From positions 173,062 through 237,061 of the forward strand of contig NMRA01000580.1 of NCBI GenBank assembly GCA_002633005.1: a stretch of DNA of 64,000 nt, read 5' to 3'. Below are positions 39,078 to 52,474 of this stretch, in pieces (position 1 is the stretch's first letter; every line of letters starts with the position of its first letter). The stretch comes from Phoronis australis. Taxonomy: Eukaryota > Animalia > Phoronida. Position numbers and translations under genes: made by a program. The notes beneath the pieces were generated by a model. That model did no database searches. It saw nothing but the letters and a program-made list of their open reading frames with translations, and was not told the DNA's origin.

Positions 39078-39350
39078 CAGGCGTACATGTACGTTCAGTA
39101 ACGCTAGGACCTCGCTAAAAAGACTTCGCGAGATTACGTGAGATATTGCCGTGTGTTTTAAATGAGAACACGTGACCTTGACTAGACTTTAGCTAGGTCC
39201 TAGCGTAGGTCCTAGCGTCTACTGAACGCACGCCAGCTGTTAAAATCTAGCCAAAGTCACGTGTTCTTACTTATAATACATGGCAGTATGTCACGTAACC
39301 TCGCGAAGTCTTGCTTTTTAGCGAAGTCCTAGCGTTACTGAACCGGAGGC
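39078..39350. mobile_element. Fold-back MITE with an extra internal terminus
   Basis: GTTCAGTAACGCTAGGAC... (39093) inverted at ...GTCCTAGCGTTACTGAAC (39343); third terminus copy at ~39195-39236. Confidence 0.7.
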
Positions 39351-39776
39351 AGACTTATGCAGGTGACAATAGCTCTAGCCCATTTGTTTATACAAAACGT
39401 CAACGACTTCCTTGCTTTAACTACACGACAAAAACTTCTTGAACTCTTTGACATTGCAATGTCCCAAACAAGAGATCTTTAGTCGGTTTTATTATAATAG
39501 TTTTTCACCCAAATTACTTATCAGTCAAAGTTTCAAAAATGGAAAAGTTTTCACGTTTCCTTTTCTTTGTTTGGTTGTCTGTAGTTGTAAACCCTCATGT
39601 TTTCCGGCAAATGATGCAATCTCAGGAGGCCAAACGTCTCTTTGAGCAATGTTAAACGGAATTGACGATTTCCTATTTTGTTTTCTACTACAGTAACTGT
39701 CAGAAACAATTGTGGCAGCATGATGTCACCTGTGTGGTATAATTATGAGAGCTGTTCGCCTCATCGGGGCCGGGAT

Positions 39777-40748
39777 GTTGGTGACATTTTTTGATGCTGT
39801 AGATAATTAGCCTAATTAAAAACAATGTTATGTAATTTAATGACTTTGTGTAATTAATTAAGTATATTGGTTGTTTACCAACATTTGCATCCTAATATGA
39901 GTGCATAGGAAATCATTCGCCATATGTCTTTGACCAGGTGTGGGATGTTTACAATAACAACTGTGCCTTGTACTGCTAGTTATGTAACTTAAATTCTTTG
40001 AAACTGGTCAGCTTCGGGATGACGCATTTCACACAACAACAATAATCAGAACTACTATCCACCGAAATTATTTGCCTACACCACATTTGGTAATGACTTG
40101 GGTTCATTGCTGGAATCCGGCAACAACTTTATTCAGAGAATTGTTTTGGAACTAGGTGTAGCCTTTTGGAGGAAGTGTGCGGGTTTTGTGTTTTGAGCTA
40201 CCTCGCCCACCTTTGTTGTATTCAGTATAAAAAATCTTTTAGCTACTCTAAAATTCACATTGCTTGGAGAGAGGATACCGCTTGCTTCAAAAATATCACA
40301 GATATTCAGAGTTGGTAAGAGACAACTTTGTTTCTTGATGTTTTATTATTAACTTTGTCTTTAGAAACAACTGTTCTCAGTTTTTTGATTATTTGATTAA
40401 TTCATAGAAATTGTAACTACAAGTTTCTACTAACTAGTGTTTGCCTAATTGTGACTTGATATAATATCATCAGACATGCAGTTTTCTGTATTTTTGCATG
40501 ATGTATTTGGTACTTCAAGTTGTATTAGAGATTGTATTATCTTTTTATTTGATTCAGGTTTAACCGTATACTTACACCTTATCGAAAACAAAAACGTATC
40601 TTACTCGTATTCGTATCGTATCGTATTATAATTAATGTTTCATGAACCAAAGTGTTGCGGTATTATTATTATTATTATACGCGTGTAACCCACTGGGCCA
40701 ACAACAAAAACAAGAGAGACATCTAATATGCGTGTGGATGCGCTACAG
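39777..40748 (+). repeat. ~1-kb dispersed repeat with (GTATC)n tract, unclassified
   Basis: Inverted homologue at 46281-47332. Confidence 0.85.
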
Positions 40749-40955
40749 TAACTAATAGGCCATAAGGCTCACCATTAGTAATGCTTCCATGATCAGCTTG
40801 ATCTTTTTTCTTGTTAAACTCTTACTTTTCGTGACACTGTTTGCGATAGATTACTTTTGTTTTGTGAGAAAAACTTAAAAATTTCTCACCAATGAAGCCT
40901 TCCTTGCACTCACATTCGATCCACTCGTTTGCTAAATCAGTAACCTTGGTGTAAT

Positions 40956-42686
40956 TGACCTATCGCCAGGATAATGACTGACGGCTTAAATAACCAATCA
41001 GAACGCAGCATTCTTGACACATTTTCGTCTGCGTTTCCAAGCCGCTTTTTTACCAGACAAACAATGCCGTTGTCGGTAAAGCTTATTTTAGTCTACAACG
41101 CAAAGAATTGTGCGATAAGAATGGTGAAATGGAGGAGATATGGCGTGTGTACTTCTGACAGCCGCTATACAGCTCGAGAAGAATATCCGTCATTATTTTG
41201 TGCATTCCCTAAGCCGAAAAGTGTTGTCGACTGTGTAAACGATGGATCAAACTGTGTGGACGGCCACACGAGCAGCTAAACTTAACAATGTTGCTGGATT
41301 TATCGAAGATTAAACACAAAATTAATATATTTGTTCTAAGATACGTACTTTTCAGTTTGGTGGCTATACTGAAGGCCTATCTGATTTTGACTCCGGAGTT
41401 TCACTCGTGTGGCTGCCTTCGTCTCGGCATCTGCTGGATCCCAGCACTAGTCTAGCGATAGTGCCGGTAAAGCTGTTTTTAAGGAGATTATTATTAGTAT
41501 TGTTATTTTTCATTTATTTCGACCAATAATGGACATCGTTCTGTTTCGTAGGACAGGTACATTTTTTGTTATTCATATACCCGTAGACTGGCGTGCAACT
41601 GAACTTCTCACCAAAATTGATAGATTCGATCGGCACATATACTGGAAGGGCACAGTGACTATAGATTACTGAACTCAATGCCTCGTCGAGCTGTTGTCAC
41701 GAAAAAATAAACATTTGAATTACGTTTTGATGAGAACCTCTAGTATACACTACGCCTGTAGAGTTAAGGAGAGCTCGTTTTGTAGTTATTCAAACATGAT
41801 ACTTGGACTTATGAAGCTTTAAAAAACAATTTTAGTTATTTTTGTAAATGGTCACTTTTTGCCACTGCGGCAGACTTGTCATCTTTTGTTACCATACCAC
41901 AGCTTAGTGATCATGCCATGTTTAAAATTAACTGCAAACTACCTTTATGTATTGAAACTACAAAAAATATGAAGTTCGTCAGAAGGTTTGTCTTTATGGT
42001 GCACTGAATTACGGCCAATGCCATGCGCTAATTTGACTTTTGGACACAGCCTTAGACCTACCGGAGGTAACATCTTACCTAGGATAAGATGAGTATGTGC
42101 CTGAGCTACAAATCTAATTTTTTTAATCAAAATATTTCGCTCGAACATTAGAAAAGTATAAACAGTACTATCGACTCGACCTACTTTACTTGAAAAATAC
42201 ATGTACAATCAGTTGTCACCTACTTTTCATTTGGCGGAATTTAGCAGACGGCAGAATAAAAATATCGACAAATCTTCACTGATTTTGTTTGAAATAGCCT
42301 GAAACCTATGACCGTACAGATAATTCGACTTTAAGGTAAATATCCAGCTTTACATGAACACATCGGATCAGTGGTCTTGTCAGCTTTCAAGTGAAGGTTA
42401 ACCCCGTTTGTGGTTCTTCGGATTTTCGCTGGCTCCGAAATACTTTTCCTAGAACACATATTTTTTCATCGACGCAGCTTTACAAGTTCTCAAGTCATGA
42501 ATGTACAATTCTTAGCTGAAATGTACCGCATGTTGACTTTGTCGAAGCGTTTTCGGAAAGTGCAAAAAACGCTCATCAACTCTACCAGGAACGTCGTTTA
42601 GGCACTGTGTATTTGCCTCTGGCATGTTGCTTGTTTGTTGGGTACCACGTGGCTTTTCGCAAGAAAGCGGAGCTTGCGATAGGTCA
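40956..42686 (+). mobile_element. ISL2EU-type element with THAP remnant (41121-~41345)
   Basis: AAT|TGACCTATCGC ... GCGATAGGTCA|ATT; MVKWRRYGVCTSDSRY...FPKPKS..CKRWIKLCGRPHEQLN. Confidence 0.7.
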
Positions 42687-43509
42687 ATTGACTCACGTGA
42701 CTCAGGTCAGATATTATGTCTGCAAATCCCAGAAGCGCAGACTGTGAGCAGAATCCTAGACGTGAATGTAACGAGTGGCATTTGTCTTGACAGTCTGTTG
42801 CTGTGTCAATAATTCATACACTCACACATTAAATTCATCTCAATTGAGTCAAAGCTGACACAAAACTACTGTTTCGTTTGAGAAGCATAAAATGATTCTG
42901 GAAGCAGACATCTTAGAAATGACACGGACGCAACACCCTCTTGTCGTTTCATTGGCTGTTCTGATCATATTGCACCGACACCTAGAGAATGGCAAAATAT
43001 TTGAGGCTTATTTTTTCAAATTTATACTAAGATTCTTGCAAGACGTGCAAGTGTATTCCTGGAATCTTTGCTGAGAAGGATTTAATTCGAAGTTCCCATT
43101 TCCTCCTGAAGTAGCCACGGACGTGAAGAAAGACAGTAGAGCTGGGACCATGACCTTGAAGGCTCTACTGTGCCCAATCCCACGTTAAGTCGCCGAATAT
43201 TTTAAGGTATTTATTAGCAAGGACGCCGGCCTTGATTTCAGCGAATACCTGGTAGGTAACGGCGAGAATTGGCAAGTTGTGATGCAAATAACAATAACAA
43301 TAACACGACAGATTATGGTGTTTTAGAGCCCTACCTCATTGAACAACAATCTTAAAATTGCTGTTTCTGGCCACAAGAACGACACATAAAAGATAATTGC
43401 AGGCGGTATGCTACACGTTGTACCAGACGTGCGCAGCCCGTGCATGTAGACCCATTGCACTGATCACATGGAACTATTTTTGTACATGTACTTCATTATA
43501 ATATAGTTA

Positions 43510-43627
43510 AAACCGAGCTGAGGAGCTAGAAACCTGACTCAAGGGTCTATCAGTGTGGCCCAGTGGGAATCGAAACCACGACCTCGAGTATAAAAGGCGT
43601 GCACCTATCACACTAGGCCACACTGCA
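43510..43627 (-). mobile_element. tRNA-derived SINE 5' head
   Basis: Minus strand: A box TGGCCTAGTG, B box GGTTTCGATTCCC, then GACCCTTGAGTCAGG; not a canonical tRNA cloverleaf. Confidence 0.65.
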
Positions 43628-44937
43628 TCCTCAAATAAGAACGACAATGTGCCTTTAATGTTTAAAAAAAATTACTAGTCGATTGTACGCAGCCGTTGCC
43701 TGGAAATAATGGTTGGCTATCTGCCATTTATATGTGAAGCGATACAATCGTCTTTAGTGTTCGATAACACGGTTTCATTTCCTAAACATTTATCCTGTTG
43801 GACAAGTGACGTAAGCAGACACAAGACGCCTTTATGATTTGTTTCACTGTACGCTTATGGCGGCCGTGTAAACCTTCTCCACAACAACATCACAAGAATA
43901 ACTCCACAACGTAAATGTGTCGTTTGAGAAACCGGGACAAGTTCTTATATTGAGCCCTATCTCGTGAGTCCCGGCTGATAATTTTCAGAATCCGTCAACT
44001 GGAAAAAAAATCAAGTAAAGAGGTTACAAGTTTACCTTCCCTCAGTAATATAACTTTTGGTTTGGACCAACTACCTTTTAGATAAGTGGTCTCAAATTGT
44101 TCCCTAGTCAAACAAGAGGTACTTTCAGTAGGCTCCGAAAGAAGTGAAATTTCTAGTTAACCTTATTGCTTGAGATCAGGCACTACGATTTAGCCTGTAC
44201 CGGGTGTAACCTATGCACCGAACATGGTCTCAAGGAATAACGAACAATTAAACAAACCTAGAAAACATTTCTCAGATGAGAAAGAGACAAAATGAGACCA
44301 TCTTTATAAGTGGTCTAAATCAGAAGTTGGCTTCTTTAATCATTTCAACTAACACAAACGCGGGATACTGATTCGTGCTTACAGCATACCTGCACGTGTA
44401 TATTGGTAACCAATCACCGTTTTCACGACACGGGGTTACCGACAAAAGTCCTGGGTCTCGTTTCATATTAAACCTGTAAATGTCAATTGATTATGCTTGG
44501 TTGTAAATGTTTCAAACTGCCTTCTAGTACATAATATCGTTGTTATAGATATTGAAATTAGCACAATCTACTTCTTGGATAGAGATAAATGGGATGAGCA
44601 CACCGCAACTTACGAACTTTGGGGGTGGGTGGGGACAGCAACCCTCACCAACGATGATCAAAGAATTTTTTCTCTTCAGTCGCTTCAAAGAATGATGGAA
44701 TTTCCATACCATTTGCTAACTTAAACGAAAACGAGAGTTTCTTAAAAACTCATGCAATAACCCCAAAACCACGTGCCTTCATCCCTAGACGTATTGCTTG
44801 ATTTTATTTAAACATCGATTTTTAAAAGTACATGTAAGGATACCAAAATGTACGCCCTTGACAATGAATTCCGGATTGAACGCCATTGTCAGATATGCAA
44901 AACTACAAAGTGTGCATTCAGGAAGCGGCGTGAGTGA

Positions 44938-45308
44938 GCGGAAGGCAAGGGAGAACGAATCTCTCGAGTAACTAAGCGGGAGGCAAGGGAGCACGAATCT
45001 CGCGAGTAACTAAGCGGGAGGCAAGGGAGAACGAATCTCTCGAGTAACTAAGCGGAAGGCAAGGGAGCACGAATCATGCGAGTAGTTTAAGCGGGATACA
45101 AGGGGCACAAATCTCGCGAGTAGTTTAAGTGGGAGGCATGGGAGCACGAATCTCGCGAGTAACTAAGCGGGAGGCAAGGGAGCACGAATCTTGCGAGTAA
45201 CTAAGCGGAAGGAGAGGCAGCACGAGTCTCGCTAGTTAAGCGGGAGGCAAGGGAGCACGAATCTCGCTAGTAACTAAGCGGAAGGAGAGGCAGCACGAGT
45301 CTCGCTAA
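44938..45308. repeat. ~37-bp minisatellite (AAGCGGGAGGCAAGGGAGCACGAATCTCGCGAGTAACT), ~10 units; resumes at 47542-47612
   Basis: Direct tandem units interrupted by the Kolobok C insertion. Confidence 0.92.
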
Positions 45309-45550
45309 TTAAAGGCGAAGGCAACCTTTTTTCATGTCATTTTGAGCTAAAATAAGGTTGGTTGGTTATCCTAGACATATTTTCCACTTAATTACAGCTT
45401 TTCGTAACTTTGTTAATTACCCGTCCGCTACTCCGGAAGTGACGTTTTAGGAGGCAAGCATTTCGCGCCAATTTCTTTTCATATAGTCTGACTGTGAGAG
45501 CTGCCGAGTCAGTCATTGTTCTACCTCGGTTGTGTTAAGTTNNNNNNNNN

Positions 45551-45803
45551 NATATTGAGTAGTGGGAGTGATTACAGGCCCAGTTCGACACCCAGTGAAG
45601 AGGACAGTTCGTTGTCCAGTGAACAGATCGGTGAGCCAAACTTTGATAAGTTTATTGTGGACTTGTCTAAAGTGTTGGAGCTATTTAGAAGGTGCGAGGT
45701 GTGTGGCGAGGGAGTCACACGAAACGATGTAAGCAGTTTGGGTGCTCAGGTCACCATCCAGTGGGAGTGTGTCGCGGGACACTCTGGCAAGTGGGGCAGT
45801 TGA
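45551..45803 (+). pseudogene. Kolobok transposase N-terminal zinc-binding fragment
   Basis: KFIVDLSKVLELFRRCEVCG...GAQVTIQWECVAGHSGKWGS. Confidence 0.75.
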
Positions 45804-45819
45804 TCCTCTGTCCGTGGTA

Positions 45820-46146
45820 TGCCGGAGGTCCACTTAACCGTGTCCAGTAGTGGCTTGGCCTCGTCGAACTCTGAACAGCACAAGCATTCCATTGAGGTAG
45901 GCATAACAACGCACACAGTGCATTTGCACCAAGATGTGTCACCATGCACGTCTGTCCTCAGTAGCCGCCTCGTTTCTCTCAACAGCTGCCTGTGCCTGTG
46001 CGTACTCTGCCTCGTTATACTCGGGCTCAAACATGTACCCATGCCACTAAATGTCCGTGAAAAAATTCCTCGTCACCACTGCTGTGAATAAGGTCTCCGT
46101 CACTCACACTACTGTCACTGTGATACGGGTCACCGATTCCAGCCAT
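45820..46146 (-). pseudogene. KolX / P2X7-cytoplasmic-domain-like remnant
   Basis: ATG at 46146; GYMFEPEYNEAE then (frameshift) SWCKCTVCVVMPTSMECLCCSEF. Confidence 0.8.
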
Positions 46147-46280
46147 TTTCAGCTTACAACACACTAAACAATCCCTAAATCCAACGTAGTTGAGTTCTCT
46201 ACTAACCTATCTTGCCGCAGAATACTCGCCGATGGAAAGTGATGGCGACAATTGTTGAAAAAAAGCACAAAACAAAAGTT

Positions 46281-47332
46281 GTAGCGTACAGTCGCACGCA
46301 CATTAGATGTCTCTCTTGTTGTTTTTGTTGACCCAGCGGTTTACACGCGTATAATAATAATACCGTAACATTGGCTCATAAAACTTTATTTATGATATGA
46401 TACGATACGATACGATACGATAAGATACGATACGATCTACTATCTTACGATACGGTAAGATACGGCAAGATACGAAACGGTTAAACCTGAAACAATTAAT
46501 AAAGATAATACAATATCTAATACAAATTGAAGTACCAAATACATCATACTAAAATACAGACAATTGCATATCTAGTAATATTATATCAACTCACAATTTG
46601 GCAAACAATAGTTAGCAGAAACTTGTAGTTACACCAATTTCTATTATAACACTTTCTATGAGTTAATTAAATAATCAAAGAACTGAGAATAGTTGTTTCT
46701 AAAGTCAAGGTTTATAGTAAAACTTCAAGAAACAAAGTTGTCTCTTACCAACGCTGGGTATCTGTGATATTTTTGAAGCAAGCAGCAGCCTCTCTCCAAG
46801 CAATATGAATTCTAGAGTAGCTAACAGAATATTTATACTGAACACAAGAAAGGTGGGCGAGATAATTCAAAACATGAAAACCCACAAACTTCCTCCAAAA
46901 TGCTACATCTACTTCCAAAACAATTCTCTGAAAAAGGTCGCTGGTTCCAAACCAATTCTGTGAATCAATCTGCTGGACTCCAGCAATGAACCCAAGTCAT
47001 TACCAATTATGGTGCAGGACAATCAAGAGTTGAGTAATTCCGATAGACAAATAACAGATTATTGTTGTTGTCGGAAATGCCTCATCCCAAAGTTGACAGG
47101 TTTTCAAAGACTTTAAGTTACACAACTTGCAAAACAAGGCACAATTGTTATTATAAACATCCCACAACTGGTAACAGACATGTGGTGAATCACTTCCCAT
47201 GAACTCCTAGGAGGTTACAAATTTTGGTAAACAACCAATATGTTTGATTAATTATACACTAGTCACTAAAATTGCATAACATTGCTTTTAATTAGACTAA
47301 TTATCTACAGCGTCAAAAAATGTCACCAACAT
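46281..47332 (-). repeat. ~1-kb dispersed repeat nested inside Kolobok C, with (GATAC)n at ~46395-46475
   Basis: Reverse complement of 39777-40748. Confidence 0.85.
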
Positions 47333-48779
47333 CAGTAGAATAGAACAGATTCGCACGGTAAACTCAACGCAAAACCAAGTGGCGGGAAACGCTTGCCTCC
47401 TAAAACGTCACTTCCGGACTAACGGACGAGTAATTAATAAAATTACGAAAAGCTGTAATTAAGTGGAAAATATGTCTAGGATAACCAACCAACCTTATTT
47501 TAGCTCAAAATGACATGAAAAAAGGTTGCCTTCGCCTTTAAGCGGGAGACAAGGGAGCACGAATCTCGTGAGTAACTAAGCGGAAGGCAAAGAAGTACGA
47601 ATCTCGCGATTAACAAGCTTGTGTGGTCGCGAGGACTATCCTTTAGTATAGGTTTCTTTTTATTTTTATCGGTTCGATTGATTTTTCATGTTTTGTCTTG
47701 ACAACTGAGCATGGGTCCATTATTACCTGCGTGAAATGGTCGATAAAATGATAAAAAAAACTGGAGAAAACCCAGAATGTTGAAGGCGGATACACATATA
47801 TTTGTCGCGATTAAATTCTGACATTTACACCGAAATAGCAATTTGGAACCCTGGCGATGGTTCAAGTCTGAATCGAAACGTTGGAAGATATTGTAACCGC
47901 GAGTATATTTGCGCTCATTGTGTTATTCCTCATTTTAAAAGTCGTTGATTTTATCAACCAGATAGTGCTTTTGCGTCAACTGGGCACTGGTGCATACATG
48001 TACTTACTTATTCCAGAATGGTGAAAGTTGCCATTGATGGGGTTAGGGAAGTATGTTGGTAAATTCGACCATTTATTGGACATGGATTCGTACACTCCAA
48101 CAACATTTGTTTCATTCTCTGAAAATAAAATTACTACAACAGGTAAAAACTACAGGAACAGTAACTTATTTCGAAAGAATATATAGAGTAACACCTAACC
48201 CAAAAAAAACAATAATATTGCTTCCTGCAAAAACACCACCTCGTCTGGAAACGTCCAGGCGTCAATTTAAGTTAGTGAATATTTTTTCCATGTTGCAACA
48301 TTCAGAACCGTCTTGAAAGAATAATTGAAAGTTGGGTCTATTATTGTGCAACTGCATCCTGTTAAAACCATATTTTGCTAGCGGAGAAGTAAATCACAAC
48401 TTGCACTCTACAGGTTGGCTCCTCGAACACTAGCAGCGCATATGCTTGATTGCAAAGGAAGATTACATTTATTGATACCCATGGTTTAAATAATGCCACA
48501 AATAATGAACAAATCTAGAACTTTGTTGTTTAGAGAAAAAATACAGACTATGGCAAGTACGAATTTTTATCAACTAACCTATGGTTAATATCAAAAGTTA
48601 AACTAAAAATTCTAAATTTTTCAATCATGTGGATATTTTCAAGAGACAACACATTTTTTGTGACACAAATTTCACCCATTCAAGGCCCGGGCATAATACT
48701 TATTCTATACCATTTGGCCCCTATGGCAAGTTTTCTTTCTGAATTTATTTCGCCACCAAATGATATTCACTCGTTCAAT

Positions 48780-48872
48780 TCACCTATCGCCAGTGTATTT
48801 GCTACTGACATCCTGTTTGTTTGTCGGGTGTCACGTGATTTTTTGCAAGGGTGTGGAGCTTTCGATAGGTCG
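48780..48872 (+). mobile_element. ~95-bp miniature derivative of the 40956-42686 element
   Basis: AAT|TCACCTATCGCCA joined to the right-end sequence (cf. 42606-42689) ...CGATAGGTCG|ATT. Confidence 0.65.
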
Positions 48873-49419
48873 ATTGTTGGCCTTCAGCAGCGCATAACAG
48901 AAGTCGCCAGAGAGCACCGGTATCTTAGTTTCATTGTCTAATTTTTTTCGCTATTTATGGTACTTTTGTCAGGGATTGCTTAAAAGGTATTTTGACCAGC
49001 TTTCGCTGAAGTCCTGGTCCCCGGGGTGGCGCACTAAATAGGCCTACTGTTCCGCCTCAGCCACTATAACTGCTGGCTTCTGGAAACCAATATACATTGT
49101 ACTAACCGAGTATGATAATTGTTTCATTACATAAATTCATCCGCTAAGTTATTTATGGAAGGAGGCTAGCCATGTTTGGGCTTTCGGTCGTATGTTGATC
49201 ACTTGTTCGGTAATTCTAGCTCAATGTTTTTACCCAAAATAGAGAGATTTGGAGGAAGGAACTCAAGAAGAGATGCTAATGCATTCACTGTCAAATGAAG
49301 CACGGTTGATGGGTTTTTATTACTTTATATAATACCTGATAAGTTCCATTACTCATAGCATCTTAGTTATGCGTGATCTACGTAGTTGGCATTATGTAAG
49401 CACAGACGCGATATATGAA

Positions 49420-49724
49420 AAGCAGGTTCCCTGTAGCATTTGCTAGTAAGAAATTGTTGCCTCGGAACGGAATTACTCAGTCATTGAGAGGGAATGTTTG
49501 GCTATTGTCTTTGCCATCAGAAAATTAGCAAAAATACTTGTATGGTAAAGAATTTACCATTCATACTGACCATCAAACCCTGACTTTACATTCAAAAAAG
49601 TAAGTTAGACAATGGACGCGTCATGAGGTGGGCCTTGTTTTTCCAAAACTATCGATTTAAGGTTGAAGCTATCGAAGGCTCAGAGAACGTTGGTGCTGAT
49701 TACCTTAGCGGGTTAGAGTATTGA
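49420..49724 (+). pseudogene. Gypsy RNase H at the pol C-terminus (Gmr1-like)
   Basis: PVAFASKKLLP.RNYSVIERECLAIVFAI...YLYGKEFTIHTDH...RVMRWAL...ENVGADYLS.LEY*; stop is followed by PPT and LTR. Confidence 0.88.
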
Positions 49725-49822
49725 TGATATATGGAAATTGGGTAATAGAACTAAGCATTTATCAATATTTAAGTCTTCCACGATGAGAAAATCTTAAGAA
49801 GTATTTTCTTGAGGGGTTTATT

Positions 49823-51019
49823 TGTCAGAATAAGTATTGATTAAGTAAATAGTACAGATATCTCCATTTTAAGTTCAAGGGCGGAACCGGGATTTTGAGT
49901 TGGGGGCAGGGCACAGGAATAACCAGAATTTCGCCACATGCGCGACCAGCCTAAAATGTAGGGGTCTCGAATTTTTTGGTTTGTGGTCCTTATTATAAAA
50001 AAACGGTAGACGGGGTTTGTTCAAGGCCTGTGCATTGTGTATGCGTCCACCGAGCCCCCTCCCCCCTCTTGCGCACATGTGCTAGACAGCAATTCGCACC
50101 CAGAACTGCCAAATGGTATCTGGGAGAATTTTAAGGGGATGGCCCCCTTGCCCCCCCCCCCCCCNNNNNNNCCCCCCCCCCCCCTAAATCCGCCACTGAA
50201 GTTGACCAGAATTTGTAAATATGTACTTTTAAACCATCTACTTTTAGATGATGTTTACTACTATGTTTCTGAGGTCAAAGCACCCTAAAAATTCTAGAAA
50301 TTTCTGAGAGCCAATCGTAACCGTCAATGATGTGACTGTATAAGATCATGTGTTTTTTCATTAGCCAATCTTTAAATAAGTACATTATTATAATTTGGGT
50401 TGAAATTTGCAAAATAGTCAGATGAGCTAAAGTACTTGAAGCTAGAATACTTGCTGCAATGAACAGAAGTAACTGTACAGCAGAGCCACCTCGTGGAAGA
50501 TTTTAAAGAGGATCTTGGCAAGGGCAAGGGTTAAATAAACAGGAAATTAACTAAGAAACTTGTCAGTTGCATCGTGGGTAGTCGGATACTACCCGCTAGC
50601 CTTGCGTCACAAGAGACTGTGACCAGCAAGAGGAATCGTGGGTATAAGATACTGCCTGCAAGTGTTGCGTCACGAAGGTCTATGGCCATCAAGTAAACTG
50701 TCGCAGTACTGTGTTTGTTAGTTCAAAGATTCCCCAACTGGACGTCACCCAACAAGAGCCGAGTCCTACGGCTTGGATAACCGATAAGACGTTTAACTAT
50801 TTATAGTTAATTGATTGAAGTAATCGTTACGGATGGCACTAGCGCAGTTCCCCTTCTTCATTGTTAGTCTTCTTAATTAAGATGTTTCACATGTTTCAAT
50901 TAGTAGTTATCATATAATAAACTAGTTACTGAATTTATTCGTTCTCTCTCCATCTACGCACAATCTCAAACCATACAATGTAGCTACCTTTTAAACAAAC
51001 CCACGGTCAACTTCTGACA
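49823..51019 (+). mobile_element. Gypsy 3' LTR (with inserted MITE)
   Basis: PPT-like GAGGGG at 49811; TGTCAGAA...TTCTGACA ends; AATAAA near 50916. Confidence 0.8.
49876..50198 (-). mobile_element. CAGTGGCGG MITE with perfect 5-bp TSD
   Basis: AAGTT|CAAGGGCGG...CCGCCACTG|AAGTT. Confidence 0.85.
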
Positions 51020-51906
51020 GCCGAATTTCTTGAAAGTCGGTTAAGGAACTCCAAAAATTCAGAGAGAAACGTAAAAAATTGTCACTAGGGAGCACACGAA
51101 TTGTCAGATTGATCAGGCTCAAACTCGTAATTATCTGTTGTCAGCTTCAACGAAACGTATCTGCTAAATGTCACACAGTTCTTCCAAAGCTTTAAGGAGA
51201 TCCAGCCGCGGACGCAAAAAACCCAGTAGGGGCCCGTCTGAAAATCAATGTCAGCCGAGGTCTTCTCATTAGGAACACAAGCGGCCAATTTAATGATTTT
51301 TCAAGATGTTTGGCATACACAAAGGCGGACAGCAAAAAACTGTCTCGAAAATTTTAGAAATGGCCACTAGGTGGCGCAGAATCGTCAAAGGCATTTGAAA
51401 ATGAAAAAATGTCGTCGTCTCCTTAATAGAAATTATTTGCCAAATTTCCTGAAAATCCATCCTAGAATTCCAAAGATATAGAGGACATGGTAAACAATTA
51501 AAATTGCCACTAGACGGCACAGCGGAAGTCGGATTGGTTCGACATACGTCGTCATCCGTCGTCAACTTTACAGGAGCACATCTACCAAATCTCATTGAGA
51601 TCTTTGAGGTTAACTAGTAGGAGACACACAAGATCTAAATTTGAATATCTCATGAGAATTCCGGATACCCCGTTTCAAAAATTGTTACACCATGATCTCA
51701 GGCGTTACAATTTACTATCAAGTTTGTAACGCACCCAACAATATACTGTCTTGTATATCTTATACTTTGGACCTACGGCTATGTGTATGTACATGTACTT
51801 CAATAACGGTAAAGCAAAAGATACATCTGCGGACGCCGGTCCCCCAGACAGAGAGGACGGCAATATGCATCCACGTATAAATATGTGGGCGCATAACATG
51901 GGCGGC

Positions 51907-52285
51907 GCAGCACTGAAATAAGTGGGGTCTAAAAACCCCCAGCGCCATATGTTGTGCCGGCCATGTCAGTGACCATGGGCTGACTGCAGCACTGAAATAA
52001 GTAATGAGGTATAGCTATCCAGTCCCCTATGATGCGCCGCCCATCTCAGTGACCATGGCCTCACTGCAGCACTGAAATAAGTAATGAGGTATAGCTGCCC
52101 AGTCCCCTACGGTGCGTCGCCCATCTCAGTGACCATGGGCTCACTGCAGCACTGAAATAAGTAATGAGGTATAGCTACCCAGTCCCCTACGGTGCGCCGC
52201 CCATGTCAGTGACCATGGGCTCACTGCAGCACTGAAATAAGTAATGAGGTATAGCTACCCAGTCCCCTACGGTGCGCCACCCATG
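51907..52285. repeat. 80-bp tandem repeat, ~4.7 copies
   Basis: GCAGCACTGAAATAAGT recurs at ~51907, 51986, 52066, 52146 and 52226. Confidence 0.92.
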
Positions 52286-52474
52286 ATGATAAAAGGGTGA
52301 TTCAGCAGTATTCGCCCCTCTGTTCCTTTCAAAATCTGAAATCCATATATTTCTATTGAAAACTCCCGGTCAAGAAGGTTACTCATAGGTCTAAAGGGAC
52401 AAAACTGCCAAGTCCACTAAACCAACTCAACAAAGGTGGATACTAGATCGATGATCGTCGTTGTAACGGGAGAA

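Larger units (their letters stand above)
45313..47537. mobile_element. Kolobok element (family C), internally deleted, ~160-bp TIRs
   Basis: TTAA at 45309-45312 and 47538-47541; AGGCGAAGGCAACC... long TIRs; convergent transposase and KolX remnants. Confidence 0.92.

Noticed and set aside
43510-43627. Functional tRNA gene
   Set aside because: A and B boxes are present but the cloverleaf is poor and a SINE-like body follows
44938-45308. 37-bp repeat array as a CRISPR array
   Set aside because: Units are contiguous with no unique spacers, there are no cas genes, and the context is eukaryotic
45820-46146. Host P2X7 receptor gene
   Set aside because: Only the Cys-rich cytoplasmic-like motif is present, inside Kolobok TIRs opposite a transposase; it is KolX
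47101-47116. TTTCAAAGACT-TTAA as the partner TIR for the AGTCTCTGAAA end at 18651
   Set aside because: It lies inside the 1-kb dispersed repeat (the 39990 copy has the equivalent site) nested in Kolobok C; probably coincidental
51907-52285. 80-bp repeats as CRISPR or an ncRNA cluster
   Set aside because: The whole unit is repeated; ordinary minisatellite
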